IMG/VR virus record: IMGVR_UViG_3300007352_000013
Coordinates: 65,436 to 129,435 of that record
DNA: 64,000 nucleotides
Source of the DNA: a virus
Direction: 5' to 3' (one strand)
In this document: piece after piece, positions 9,262 through 19,730 of the stretch
How the letters are laid out: each line of letters begins with the position of its first letter
Numbering within the stretch: position 1 is the stretch's first letter
The notes under the pieces: generated by a model
What the model was told of the DNA's origin: nothing
Seen by the model: only the letters and a program-made list of their open reading frames with translations
The model's database searches: none
Position numbers and translations under genes: made by a program

Positions 9262-10678
9262 AAATTTATTGAATGATTCTGGTTTAGAAAGATCTGTATT
9301 GTCCGGAATATTAAATCATGGATCTGATTTATTTATAGATATAGAAGATATTTTAGATACAAAAGATTTTTTTTATACCATTAATCAAAAAATATATTCT
9401 ATAATAAAATATCTTGTACATGATAAAGCAATTGAAAAATTTGATATCCCAACAATATTGGCTGGGGCAAAATTTATAAATGTTGATAAATTTGACGGCG
9501 ATAATAAAGCGTCAGAATATCTTGAGGCACTTTTCGACGGTTCTCCTACACAAGAAAATACAAAATCAATTGCAGTATATATATATAAGCTATCTTTAGC
9601 AAGACAGGCAAATAAATGTCTTAATAATATAATAGATGATGTTAATACAATAAACGGTAGTGAAAAAATAGATGATATATTAAAGAAAATAGAAGAACCG
9701 ATATTCGAATTTACTGATAAATTGAACTCTAATGATAATAGCCTAGTTCTTATTCATGATAATTTGAGCGAAAGATTACAGGAATTATCAAAAGAACCAA
9801 AAGATATAGTTGGATTACCTACTGGATTTTCAAATTGGGATTATTGTATAGGTGGTGGATTTCGTAGGGGTACAGTTAATGTTGTTGGTGCAAGAGCTAA
9901 AGTTGGTAAAAGTCATTTCTGTTTAAATATAGCAAGAAATATCGGCACCCTTGGGATTCCAGTTCTTTATCTCGATACAGAAATGAATCAAACAGAACAA
10001 CAAGACAGACTTACATCCCTTATATCTGGAATTGATTTCAATCTAATAGAAACTGGAAAATTTTCTACTATGGAAGAAGAAAGTAAAATTGTATGGGATT
10101 CTGTAGATTATATAAAAAAAATACCAATAACGCACACAAATATAGCCGGTGTTTCTATGGAACAGATTCTGTCATTAACCAGAAGATGGTTGGTAAAAAG
10201 TGTTGGTTTAAATGATAATGGATTAGCGAAACCGTGTATAGTAATTTATGATTATCTAAAATTAATGAATTCTAATGATCTAAAGGGTAATATACAAGAA
10301 ACTCAATTGTTAGGCTTTTTAATAACGGCACTTCATAATTTTGCTGTAAAATATGGTATACCGATATTGGCTACAGTACAATTAAATAGAGACGGAGTAG
10401 AAAAAGAAGGATCAGAGGTAATATCTGGATCTGATAGGATATTGTGGTTATGTAGTAATTTTTCAATTTTGAAACATAAATCACAAGAAGATTTTATAGA
10501 AGATCCGCCATCTAATGGAAGAATGAAATTGATAGTGTGTGATACAAGATTTGGTTCGGGTTTAGAAAAGGGTAATTATATAAACATTAAAGAAGATTTG
10601 TCTAAGGCAAAAATGGAAGAAGGAAGCCTATTTTCACAAATAGTATCTAAATCATTTAAAAATGAAAAAATAAAATGA
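9251..10678 (+). CDS. dnaB: Replicative DNA helicase
   Basis: ERSVLSG N-terminus, GLPTGF, GARAKVGKS Walker A, VIYDYL and VQLNR motifs. Confidence 0.9.
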   Translation: MQNKNLLNDSGLERSVLSGILNHGSDLFIDIEDILDTKDFFYTINQKIYSIIKYLVHDKAIEKFDIPTILAGAKFINVDKFDGDNKASEYLEALFDGSPTQENTKSIAVYIYKLSLARQANKCLNNIIDDVNTINGSEKIDDILKKIEEPIFEFTDKLNSNDNSLVLIHDNLSERLQELSKEPKDIVGLPTGFSNWDYCIGGGFRRGTVNVVGARAKVGKSHFCLNIARNIGTLGIPVLYLDTEMNQTEQQDRLTSLISGIDFNLIETGKFSTMEEESKIVWDSVDYIKKIPITHTNIAGVSMEQILSLTRRWLVKSVGLNDNGLAKPCIVIYDYLKLMNSNDLKGNIQETQLLGFLITALHNFAVKYGIPILATVQLNRDGVEKEGSEVISGSDRILWLCSNFSILKHKSQEDFIEDPPSNGRMKLIVCDTRFGSGLEKGNYINIKEDLSKAKMEEGSLFSQIVSKSFKNEKIK

Positions 10679-11838
10679 CTAGAAGATTTAATGATAAAGA
10701 AGTAGCATATATTCAGGACCGTGCCAATGAAAGAGTTGCAGAAATTTTAGATGCATTGGGCATAGAATATTCTGAAAGAGGAGATTATTTACAAGGCAAA
10801 TGCCCATGTCATGACGGAGATAATCCAAGATCATTTTATTGGGCAATAAGAACGAATCACTGGAGATGTAATACAAAGCATTGCGAAAAAGATGCAATAT
10901 CTGGAAAATCTTCAAGTATATTTGGATTAATACGCGGTGCAATGTCTAATAAAATACATGAAAAATTTTATTTTAATCAGGCCGTATTTTTTGCAGGCAA
11001 AATACTTGGCATAGGTGATATAAAATTTGATAAATCAACAAAAGAAGATATTGAAGTAAATAAAATAATAAAACAATATAAAAGAAAAAAAAATAAGGCA
11101 GTTGGATTAAATTTGACACCATTATCCAATGTTATTGAAGTTCTTGAAAAAGATGATTTTTATTATATACGCAGGGGGGTAACACAAGAAATAATAGATA
11201 GATATAATATATCGTATTGTAATAATAAATACAAAAGATTCTACAAAAGAGCATTTTTCCCGATTCTTGACGAAACTGGAAAATTCGTTGCTGGATTTTC
11301 TGCAAGAAGCATATATGATAAATGTCCTGAATGTAAACATTATCATGATACAAGATTTTCTTGCCCACAAAAAGAAAAATTATGCCATTATGTTAAATGG
11401 ATACATTCAAAAGGATTTAAATCTGAATTATATTTATATAATTATTGGTATGCAAAATATCACATAGCAAAATCTGGAACAGCAATAATATGCGAAGGGC
11501 CGGGTAATGTATGGGCGCTAGAAATGGCCGGAATAAATAATAGTGTGTCAATAATGGGTTCTAGCATGTCAAAGACACAAAGACAATTGCTGCAAAAAGC
11601 TGGTGCATTAACATTAATACCTGTATTCGATAATGACAAGGCCGGGGAAAATGCAAGAGATAAAATGCTTAAAGAATTAAATTATTATTTCAGAATAATA
11701 CCAGTAAATCTAACAGAAGTCAACGATGTAGCAGAAATGGAAAAATCTGATATAATAAATAAAATAGGATCTGTTTTAAAAAGTGAATCAAAAAAATTTC
11801 TATTAGAAGATGGAGAAGAATTATGTCAAACCCATTAA
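10675..11838 (+). CDS. dnaG: DNA primase (Zn-binding + TOPRIM)
   Basis: CPCH Zn-binding domain, FSARS, YLYN, IICEG and FDNDKAG TOPRIM motifs. Confidence 0.85.
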   Translation: MTRRFNDKEVAYIQDRANERVAEILDALGIEYSERGDYLQGKCPCHDGDNPRSFYWAIRTNHWRCNTKHCEKDAISGKSSSIFGLIRGAMSNKIHEKFYFNQAVFFAGKILGIGDIKFDKSTKEDIEVNKIIKQYKRKKNKAVGLNLTPLSNVIEVLEKDDFYYIRRGVTQEIIDRYNISYCNNKYKRFYKRAFFPILDETGKFVAGFSARSIYDKCPECKHYHDTRFSCPQKEKLCHYVKWIHSKGFKSELYLYNYWYAKYHIAKSGTAIICEGPGNVWALEMAGINNSVSIMGSSMSKTQRQLLQKAGALTLIPVFDNDKAGENARDKMLKELNYYFRIIPVNLTEVNDVAEMEKSDIINKIGSVLKSESKKFLLEDGEELCQTH

Positions 11839-12593
11839 TTATTTGTTTGTCTGGTAAAAAGCAATCTGGTAAAAACACTGCGGCAAATTATATTCTTGGT
11901 TCCTATTTATTATCAATGAGGCAAATAACTTGTTTTAGATTAGATAAATTTGGAATATTGCATTGTAATGCTAATAGTCATGAATTCGAAGTTAAAGAAG
12001 GTGAATTTAATACAATATTCAAAGACCTGAAGATTAAGGTTTACAGTTTCGCCGATTATTTAAAAGAATTTTGTATTGATGTGTATGGTCTTACATATGA
12101 ACAATGCTATGGAACAGATCAACAGAAAAATAGTCCAACAAATCTTAAATGGAGAGATATGCCAACCTATAACGAGAAACATGATACGAAATTTAGAGAA
12201 TATATGAATATGGACCCGCTTCCAGAATTTATGACAGCACGCCAAGTTTTACAATATTTTGGAACAGATATAGTAAGAAAAATGTTTAGCGATGCTTGGG
12301 TACGAGCTACTATAAATAAGATTAACAGAGAAAAACCAAAAATTGCTATTATAACAGATGGAAGATTTCCGAATGAAATAAGTGGTATAAATAGTGCTGG
12401 TGGAAAAACATTAAGATTGCTAAGAAATGTCAATAAAGATAATGATCAACATAAGTCTGAAATTGCTTTAGACGATTTTCCTCTTAACAAATACACTTTA
12501 GTTGTAGACAATCAAAATATGAGCATAGAGCAACAATGCGAGGCTTTAAAACCAGTAGTAAACGAATGGTTTAAAGAAATAGGAATTAAATGA
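11823..12593 (+). CDS. Deoxynucleoside monophosphate kinase
   Basis: SGKKQSGKN P-loop, SFADYLK, RQVLQYFGT, ITDGRFPNE and HKSE motifs. Confidence 0.85.
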   Translation: MSNPLIICLSGKKQSGKNTAANYILGSYLLSMRQITCFRLDKFGILHCNANSHEFEVKEGEFNTIFKDLKIKVYSFADYLKEFCIDVYGLTYEQCYGTDQQKNSPTNLKWRDMPTYNEKHDTKFREYMNMDPLPEFMTARQVLQYFGTDIVRKMFSDAWVRATINKINREKPKIAIITDGRFPNEISGINSAGGKTLRLLRNVNKDNDQHKSEIALDDFPLNKYTLVVDNQNMSIEQQCEALKPVVNEWFKEIGIK

Positions 12594-13450
12594 AAATTAC
12601 TACTTGTAGTCCAAATTCAATAAATATATATAGATCATGTTCATTTAAATATTATTTGAACTATATACTCGGCATTAAGATTCCTTCTGGTAAAGCCGCT
12701 GTGCTAGGAACAATAGTGCATCAAGTTTTTGAATGGATGGCTAGACTCAAAAAAGCTGGTAAAACACATATAGATTACGACTGGTTATTTGAACGCGCTT
12801 GGGAAGAAAATAAACATATAGAATTAAGAAAATTTACTAGTAGGGGTATAAGCGCAGATTTTAAAAAATGCAAAGAATCCATAAAAAAAGTAGTTGAAGA
12901 TAAATATTATAATCCATATAATATGAATATACTCGATATTGAAAAATGGTTTGAATTGGACATGGAAGGTGAAGAATGGTTTACTATAGATAATAAACCA
13001 TTCAAAATACGTGGATTTATTGATGCAATTAATATTATAGATGACAATACCATAGAAATAGTAGACTGGAAAAATGGACAACAAAAAGATCTTTCTAATA
13101 TGGAAGAAATAAATTTTGATAATATATCAAAAAAAATACAACCAAGAATATATCATTTGGCAGCGAGCATTCTTTATCCTCAATATAAGAATATTATTAT
13201 TACATTCTATTATATTAATGGGGATGGACCAATCAGTATAAGTTTATCGGAAGAAGATCTTGTTAATACTTTAACTGGTTTATATACTTTTTTTACTACG
13301 GTTAAAAAAGATAATCTAATAAAAAGAAATAGAAGCTGGCGTTGTAAAATGTGTCCATACAATAAAAATGATCTTTGTACAAGTATATGGTCGGATTTGA
13401 ATACATTCGGAGAACAATTCATTAAGGAAAAGTACGGCAAAAATGAATAA
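12590..13450 (+). CDS. PD-(D/E)XK exonuclease, Cas4/RecB-like
   Basis: CSFKYY, GTIVH, RGFID..IVDWKNG and C-terminal CKMC motifs. Confidence 0.8.
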   Translation: MKITTCSPNSINIYRSCSFKYYLNYILGIKIPSGKAAVLGTIVHQVFEWMARLKKAGKTHIDYDWLFERAWEENKHIELRKFTSRGISADFKKCKESIKKVVEDKYYNPYNMNILDIEKWFELDMEGEEWFTIDNKPFKIRGFIDAINIIDDNTIEIVDWKNGQQKDLSNMEEINFDNISKKIQPRIYHLAASILYPQYKNIIITFYYINGDGPISISLSEEDLVNTLTGLYTFFTTVKKDNLIKRNRSWRCKMCPYNKNDLCTSIWSDLNTFGEQFIKEKYGKNE

Positions 13451-15761
13451 CATTTATGTACCATTGCACTGTCACTCTCATTACAGTTTATTAGATGGTT
13501 TATCTACACCAACAAAGATAGCAGAAAGATGTAAAGAAATAGGATCTCCATGCGCAACATTAACGGATCATGGTGGAATAGCCGGATGGGTAGAACTTCA
13601 AAAATCATGTAAAAAATTTGGTATTAAACCAATATTCGGAAGCGAATTATATCTTTGTGAAAAAGATCCATCAATAAAAAATAAAGAAAATAATAAAAGA
13701 TATCATCTTACTGTCTTAGCAAGAAATCAGAATGGTATAGAAGATTTGATGAAACTTATTAGTGAAAGTAATCGTCCCGATTATTTTTACAGAAAACCCA
13801 GATTAGATCTTAAGAATATATATAATTTCACTAAAAATAGAAACATAATATGTCTTTCTGGCTGTTTAGCTGGTGAACTTTCTGAAAATATATTCTCTGA
13901 TATGAAGCAGGCGTGTATATATGGAGCGGATATAAAAAATATAGAGAGTGTAAGAAAATTATTGAAACCAAATTGGAAAGATATAGCCGAAAAAATAGTA
14001 GATAAATATATAAAAATATTTGGTAAAGAAAATTATTTCATAGAACTTCAGTCGGAAGGTATGATTTCTCAAATAGTAACTGTTGAATGTCTAAGGGAAC
14101 TTGCAAAAGCTTTGAACATACCAACAGTAGCAACTTTAGATAGTCATTATACGTGCAAAGGTGATGCAGACGATCAAAGAATATTATTATATTCCCAAAT
14201 GAGAACAACACAAGAAGAACAAGATAGATTACGTAAAAGTGGCGAAGATTCTATGGCATTTTTCTATCTTGATAATTTTTATATATTCTCATATGATGAA
14301 ATGAAAGAATTTTATGCAGATCATGAAATAGAACAAACATTAATAATATCTGATATGATTAAAACATCGTCATTAGGAAGGCAACCTTGCTTACCTAAAT
14401 ATAATACAGAAGAAAATATTACATCAGACAAACTTATAGAATCATTATGTATAAATGAAGCGAAAGAAAGATTTGCCAATTTTACACAAGATAAAAAGAG
14501 AGTATATTGGGAAAGACTCAAGAAAGAATTGTCTGTAATAGAAGAAGCAAAGTTGGCAGATTACTTCTTGATAGTATATGATGCTTGTAAATTTATAGAC
14601 GCACATAATGCACCAAGAGGTAAGGGCAGAGGGTCTGGCGCTGGAAGCTTGGTCAATTATCTATTAAATATAACGCAGATAGATCCTATAGAATATAATC
14701 TTTATTTCGAAAGATTCTATAACGTATCAAGATCAATCCCACCACATTTTGATGTCGGGCCAATAAAATTTACTCAATGGTTATCAGATAATTATGGCAA
14801 AATAAATAAACAACAAATAGAAGAAGCTAGATGTTATATTATAAACAGAATAAGAGATAATATAAGAAATCATAAACTTAGTGTAAATAATAAATTGTTA
14901 AAAGAAGAAAGAGACTGGATAGACAAAAATAATCCTAAAATGTGGTTGTATATATCATATTGTTCTAAACAATTAGAACCACCAAATCCTAATAATTCAC
15001 ACATAACAGAATTTTATAATTCAAAAATAGAAAAACTGGATGGTAAATATAAAGTTGAAATAAAAATAGATATTAATAAACCTGTGAAAATTAATGATGG
15101 CCATATAAGTCTACCGGATATAGATACTGATATAGGAGTTGAATTCAGAGAAAGGGTTGTTGAATATCTAATTAATAAATGGGGAGAAAATAAAGTTTCT
15201 CAAATGATAACATTTGGAAAATTAATGGGTAAGGCAGCTTTGAAAGAAGTGTTTAGAGCACAACCCGATCTCGTTAAACATCTGATGAAAGTTAAAGCAG
15301 AAAAAGAAGGAAAAGATCCTAATGATATAAATATTACACCATTGGATCTATGTAATGAAATAACGTCACTTATTCCGGACGAAGCAAGTATTATAGATGA
15401 ATTACAACATATGAGAGATGAAACCGACGAAGATTATACCATACTTAATTGGGCTATAGATAATATAGATAAAATGAAAGAATATTACCAATGGTATAAG
15501 CCATTATTCGATACTGCTATACGATTAGAAGGAACTAAAAAGAGTCAATCAAAACATCCTGCTGGACTTGTTATATCCGATGTTCCAATAAATCAATTAG
15601 TTCCAATGGTTTATGAACCTAAGAATAAAACTAGAGTGGTTGGTTTTGAAATGGGCGCAGCAGAGTATATGGGATGCGTTAAGTTTGATTTCTTGGGTGT
15701 TGTAGCCTTAGACAAAATGTGGTACGCACAAAGTTTAATAAATGGCGTTACAAATGGGTAA
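13443..15761 (+). CDS. dnaE: DNA polymerase III alpha, N-terminal half (PHP + palm + thumb)
   Basis: LHCHSHYSLLDG, TDHG, YRKPRLD, GRGSGAGSLV..L.IT.IDP, LPDIDTD, HPAGLVIS and KFDFLG motifs; stops right after the third catalytic Asp. Confidence 0.92.
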   Translation: MNNIYVPLHCHSHYSLLDGLSTPTKIAERCKEIGSPCATLTDHGGIAGWVELQKSCKKFGIKPIFGSELYLCEKDPSIKNKENNKRYHLTVLARNQNGIEDLMKLISESNRPDYFYRKPRLDLKNIYNFTKNRNIICLSGCLAGELSENIFSDMKQACIYGADIKNIESVRKLLKPNWKDIAEKIVDKYIKIFGKENYFIELQSEGMISQIVTVECLRELAKALNIPTVATLDSHYTCKGDADDQRILLYSQMRTTQEEQDRLRKSGEDSMAFFYLDNFYIFSYDEMKEFYADHEIEQTLIISDMIKTSSLGRQPCLPKYNTEENITSDKLIESLCINEAKERFANFTQDKKRVYWERLKKELSVIEEAKLADYFLIVYDACKFIDAHNAPRGKGRGSGAGSLVNYLLNITQIDPIEYNLYFERFYNVSRSIPPHFDVGPIKFTQWLSDNYGKINKQQIEEARCYIINRIRDNIRNHKLSVNNKLLKEERDWIDKNNPKMWLYISYCSKQLEPPNPNNSHITEFYNSKIEKLDGKYKVEIKIDINKPVKINDGHISLPDIDTDIGVEFRERVVEYLINKWGENKVSQMITFGKLMGKAALKEVFRAQPDLVKHLMKVKAEKEGKDPNDINITPLDLCNEITSLIPDEASIIDELQHMRDETDEDYTILNWAIDNIDKMKEYYQWYKPLFDTAIRLEGTKKSQSKHPAGLVISDVPINQLVPMVYEPKNKTRVVGFEMGAAEYMGCVKFDFLGVVALDKMWYAQSLINGVTNG

Positions 15762-16365
15762 AATAATTGATTTAACAGGTAAAATATTCGGCAGATTAAA
15801 AGTTATAAAATTCTTTGGTAAAGATAAACAAAATCATGCTATTTGGACTTGTAAATGTGTATGTGGGAATACAAGGATGATACTTTCTAATAGTTTAAAA
15901 AGTGGCAAAACAAAAAGTTGTGGATGTCTATCTTCGGAAATAGCTTCTAAAAATATGACAAAACACGGATTGAGTTGTATTAAAACATACCATATATGGA
16001 AAGGTATAAAAAATAGATGTAATAATCCAAATAATCCATCTTATTATAATTATGGAGGACGTGGTATCAAGGTTTGTGAAAGATGGATGAAATTTGAAAA
16101 TTTCTTTGAAGACATGGGAGAACCACCAACAAATAGGCACAGTATAGATAGAATAAATAATAATAAAGGTTATTCCAAGTCAAATTGTAGATGGACAACA
16201 AAAGATAAGCAAGTCAGAAATACAAGACACAATTATAATATAAAATATAAGGGAAAAACCAAATGTCTAAAAGATTGGGCGAATGAATTGAATATTCCAT
16301 ATGTGACAATATGGTATAGATTGCGCAAATTTAATTGGACAGTAAAAAGAGCTTTTGTTAAATAA
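15754..16365 (+). CDS. HNH homing endonuclease
   Basis: GKIFGRLKV, CKCVCG, TKSCGC, YGGRGIKVCERW and SIDRINNNKGY motifs; overlaps the dnaE-N stop. Confidence 0.85.
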   Translation: MGKIIDLTGKIFGRLKVIKFFGKDKQNHAIWTCKCVCGNTRMILSNSLKSGKTKSCGCLSSEIASKNMTKHGLSCIKTYHIWKGIKNRCNNPNNPSYYNYGGRGIKVCERWMKFENFFEDMGEPPTNRHSIDRINNNKGYSKSNCRWTTKDKQVRNTRHNYNIKYKGKTKCLKDWANELNIPYVTIWYRLRKFNWTVKRAFVK

Positions 16366-16391
16366 TAGTAAATTTTATAGGTAATTATTAT

Positions 16392-16994
16392 ATGAATAGA
16401 ATGCAACAATTAGTAATGGAATTTCACAAAAAATTCGGACATACTAATAATAATAAACCAACATTAACAAACAAAGAACTTAATAAATTTAGAGAGAATT
16501 TGCTAGACGAAGAAATTCAGGAGCTTAAGGATGCAATAAATGCCGGTGATTTAGTTGAGATTGCCGATGCTTTGGGGGATGCACTATATGTTATATTCGG
16601 CACTTGTTGTTCACATGGTATAGATATAGAACCAATTTTTGAAGAAGTGCATAGATCTAATATGAGCAAAAGTTCTTCTGGAAGCAATTGTATAAAACAA
16701 AAAAAGGGTAAGAATTATTTTAAACCAAATATAAAATTAGTTCTTAATAAACAATTAATGAAGTGTAAAAATTGTAAATCAAATAATCTTATTCCTGATC
16801 ATGCATGTCTATATATTGATGCTGTTGATTTAGATCATCGTCCATATTATTGTTATGACTGTTGTAATAGCAGTATTAAAAGGGCAGGGATAAAATCGCC
16901 AATATATTGTGAACATACTAATCAAATGCCCGCAAATTGTCCGTGCTTAAACGATTGTTATTGCAAAAATCATTCGTGTAAACAAATTGGATAA
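16392..16994 (+). CDS. MazG-like/all-alpha nucleoside triphosphate pyrophosphohydrolase with Cys-rich C-terminal extension
   Basis: EFHKKFG, LLDEEIQEL, EIADALGDALYV and EVHRSNMSK motifs. Confidence 0.8.
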   Translation: MNRMQQLVMEFHKKFGHTNNNKPTLTNKELNKFRENLLDEEIQELKDAINAGDLVEIADALGDALYVIFGTCCSHGIDIEPIFEEVHRSNMSKSSSGSNCIKQKKGKNYFKPNIKLVLNKQLMKCKNCKSNNLIPDHACLYIDAVDLDHRPYYCYDCCNSSIKRAGIKSPIYCEHTNQMPANCPCLNDCYCKNHSCKQIG

Positions 16995-16998
16995 TATA

Positions 16999-17778
16999 AT
17001 GAATCAATTTAATTTTAATTGGAATTGTACTAATAAAGAATTGGTAATTTATGTTCCTAACTTTGGTCGTAAGCATCTACTAATTCCTACATTGAAAAGA
17101 TTTAAAACTATCGTGCCATATACCAAATGGATGTGGCTGGTAGTTAACGATGGTATTGACGAAGATATGTCTGATCTTGATAAGGAATTTAATCTTAAAT
17201 GGTTTACTTTTCAAAGAGAACCAGCCAATGAACGAAATGGATGTATGATTAGAAATATGTGTATAAAGAACTGTATGAGTAAATGGCTTTGTACTAAAGA
17301 CCCGGAAATAATCATAGAAGGCGATATTATATCTAAAATTTTAGATATTAAAGATGATATAGTTTATAGACCAAGAGGAATGATTGAATTGTTTGAACAA
17401 AACACCCAACAAATAATAGATAATCCATTTTTAGATTTAACTGAATTACCAATATTGAGACAGTGGGAAGCTAATGATAAAAGGAATCAGGCTTTCCATG
17501 CTGGTTGTGCTATAAGAACACAAAGACTGAAAGATATGCGAGGATATGACGAGGGATATAGTGCAGGATATGGTTTTGAGGATTGGTCAATGCTTGAAAG
17601 ACTTAAAAAATCAACAAGAGTTATTATAGATAATGATATACAAACTTATCATATCGGTCATCCAATTATAAGAAAGTTCCACAAGACTATAGTAAATAAT
17701 GAATCTATCTATAAAAAAGATTTACAAAATTTAAATATTATAGCCAATAAAAATGTTGAATGGGGTTATGGAGAATAA
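16999..17778 (+). CDS. GT-A (GT2/GT7-like) glycosyltransferase
   Basis: VPNFGR, RNMCIK, KDPE and GYDEGY..GYGFED motifs; paralog of 19727. Confidence 0.75.
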   Translation: MNQFNFNWNCTNKELVIYVPNFGRKHLLIPTLKRFKTIVPYTKWMWLVVNDGIDEDMSDLDKEFNLKWFTFQREPANERNGCMIRNMCIKNCMSKWLCTKDPEIIIEGDIISKILDIKDDIVYRPRGMIELFEQNTQQIIDNPFLDLTELPILRQWEANDKRNQAFHAGCAIRTQRLKDMRGYDEGYSAGYGFEDWSMLERLKKSTRVIIDNDIQTYHIGHPIIRKFHKTIVNNESIYKKDLQNLNIIANKNVEWGYGE

Positions 17779-17784
17779 AAATAA

Positions 17785-18423
17785 ATGCTAAATTTGTCTG
17801 GATTAAAATTTGGAAGATTAATAGCAAAAAATATAGTTGGATTAACAAAAGATAAAAGATGTCTTTGGCTGTGTGTTTGCGATTGCGGCAATACTAAAAT
17901 ATGTACATCTAAAAATTTAAAGGATGGATGCACTAAAAGTTGTGGTTGCTTAAAAAAGGAAACTGATATAAAAAATGGAAAAGCAAATAAAAAACATGGA
18001 TATAAAGGCACTAGAACATATAACATATGGAGAGATATGCTTGATAGATGTAAAAATGAAAAAAATATAAGTTATAAAAACTACGGTGGTAGAGGAATTA
18101 AAGTTTGCGATAGATGGGATATTTCTGAAGGAGGTTCTTTCGAGAATTTTATTAAAGATATGGGTGAAATTCCAAAAGGATTGACTATTGATAGAATTGA
18201 CAACAACGGGAATTATTGTCCAGAAAATTGTAAATTATCTACAAGAAAACAGCAAAGTAGGAATACTAGAAAAAATCATTTAATAACTTTTGGCGGTAAA
18301 ACTCAATGCTTATCTGCTTGGGCAGAAGAATACAACATATGTTTACAAACATTATGGTATAGAATAAAAAGGGGATTATCAATTAAAGATGCTATTAATA
18401 TCCGGAAAGATAATTATGAATAA
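17785..18423 (+). CDS. HNH homing endonuclease
   Basis: LSGLKFGRL, CDCG, TKSCGC, YGGRGIKVC and TIDRIDNNGNY motifs. Confidence 0.85.
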   Translation: MLNLSGLKFGRLIAKNIVGLTKDKRCLWLCVCDCGNTKICTSKNLKDGCTKSCGCLKKETDIKNGKANKKHGYKGTRTYNIWRDMLDRCKNEKNISYKNYGGRGIKVCDRWDISEGGSFENFIKDMGEIPKGLTIDRIDNNGNYCPENCKLSTRKQQSRNTRKNHLITFGGKTQCLSAWAEEYNICLQTLWYRIKRGLSIKDAINIRKDNYE

Positions 18424-19018
18424 AAATATAATAATAGGATTAGGAACGGGACGATGCGGCACCGTTACTTTAGCACATTTGTTAAATAAACAGCCAAATT
18501 TTAGTGTCACGCATGAATTTAATCCTACTTTTTGGGAATTTGATTACGGGTCTTTGATATTCCTTTTGAATAAACTAGAAAAAAGAACGCAGAATAATAT
18601 TGGTGATATAGCCTATTATCATCTTAATTATTGTGAGCATATATTAGATAAAATTAATAATGTTAAATTTCCTATAATGATTAGGAACAAAGAAGATGTT
18701 GTTAAAAGTTACATGAAGTGGACTAACGGACGTAATCATTGGTCAAAAGAAAGATCTAGAAATGAAAAAGAAGACAAATATTGGGATAAAACTTATCCAA
18801 AGTATAATTTACCAAAAATAGAAGCACTTAATAAATATTATGACGATTACTACACAAAGTGCAATGATTTAATAAATAAGTATCCAAATAAATTCAAGTT
18901 ATTTGAAATGCTTGAAACATTTAATACTGAATCTGGACAAAATAATTTATTAGATTTTATTGGTATAAATGAGAATGACAGGATATTAGATATTGGAATT
19001 AGGAAAAATGCTTCTTGA
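18416..19018 (+). CDS. PAPS-dependent sulfotransferase
   Basis: GLGTGRCGT 5'-PSB loop and IRNKEDVVKSY 3'-PB motif. Confidence 0.7.
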   Translation: MNKNIIIGLGTGRCGTVTLAHLLNKQPNFSVTHEFNPTFWEFDYGSLIFLLNKLEKRTQNNIGDIAYYHLNYCEHILDKINNVKFPIMIRNKEDVVKSYMKWTNGRNHWSKERSRNEKEDKYWDKTYPKYNLPKIEALNKYYDDYYTKCNDLINKYPNKFKLFEMLETFNTESGQNNLLDFIGINENDRILDIGIRKNAS

Positions 19019-19730
19019 TAAAGTAACATTATTAATAAAAACATTTGAAAGACCAGACTGTTTAAAAAAATTGCTTAATAGCATATATAAATATTATAAA
19101 AATATTCCAATAATAGTAGTAAACGATGGCGTTCCAATAAATGACATTCCAAATGTATTTCAAATCAATGTTGACTTCGATATGGGCGCTTCATATTGTA
19201 GAAATCTGGGATTATCAATGGTTAATACACCCTATGTTGTCACGCTCGATGACGATTTTATATTTAATGAAAGAACCAAATTAGAGACATGGTTAGATAT
19301 ACTTGAAAATACTTCTATTGATTTGATTTCTGGCGACGTAACAAATACGAGATATGAAGCTTGTTTTAAATTAGAAAATAAAATTTTACAATTTGTTAGA
19401 AAAAATAAAGGTATAGAATCTGGTTATCCGTTATATGATATAGTTCTTCAGTTTTGGATGGCAAGAACAGAAAAAATAAGATCTTTTGGTGGATGGTGCA
19501 ATGAATTTAAAACAATAGATCATATGCCCTTTTTTATAAATGCTTTTAACAAAATTAAGATAGCGTATTGTAATAGCGTATACGTAGACCATAAACAAGA
19601 AAGAACAAAAGAATATAATAGATTTAGACAAGATAGATCTCAAATGTATTTTGATTTGATTTTAGATAAATTTAATTTAAATAAAATAATAGGATATTGG
19701 GGCAATGTTGTTTCGGAAAAAAGAAAATGA
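19008..19730 (+). CDS. GT2 glycosyltransferase
   Basis: IKTFERP, VNDG, GASYCRN and TLDDD motifs. Confidence 0.8.
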   Translation: MLLDKVTLLIKTFERPDCLKKLLNSIYKYYKNIPIIVVNDGVPINDIPNVFQINVDFDMGASYCRNLGLSMVNTPYVVTLDDDFIFNERTKLETWLDILENTSIDLISGDVTNTRYEACFKLENKILQFVRKNKGIESGYPLYDIVLQFWMARTEKIRSFGGWCNEFKTIDHMPFFINAFNKIKIAYCNSVYVDHKQERTKEYNRFRQDRSQMYFDLILDKFNLNKIIGYWGNVVSEKRK

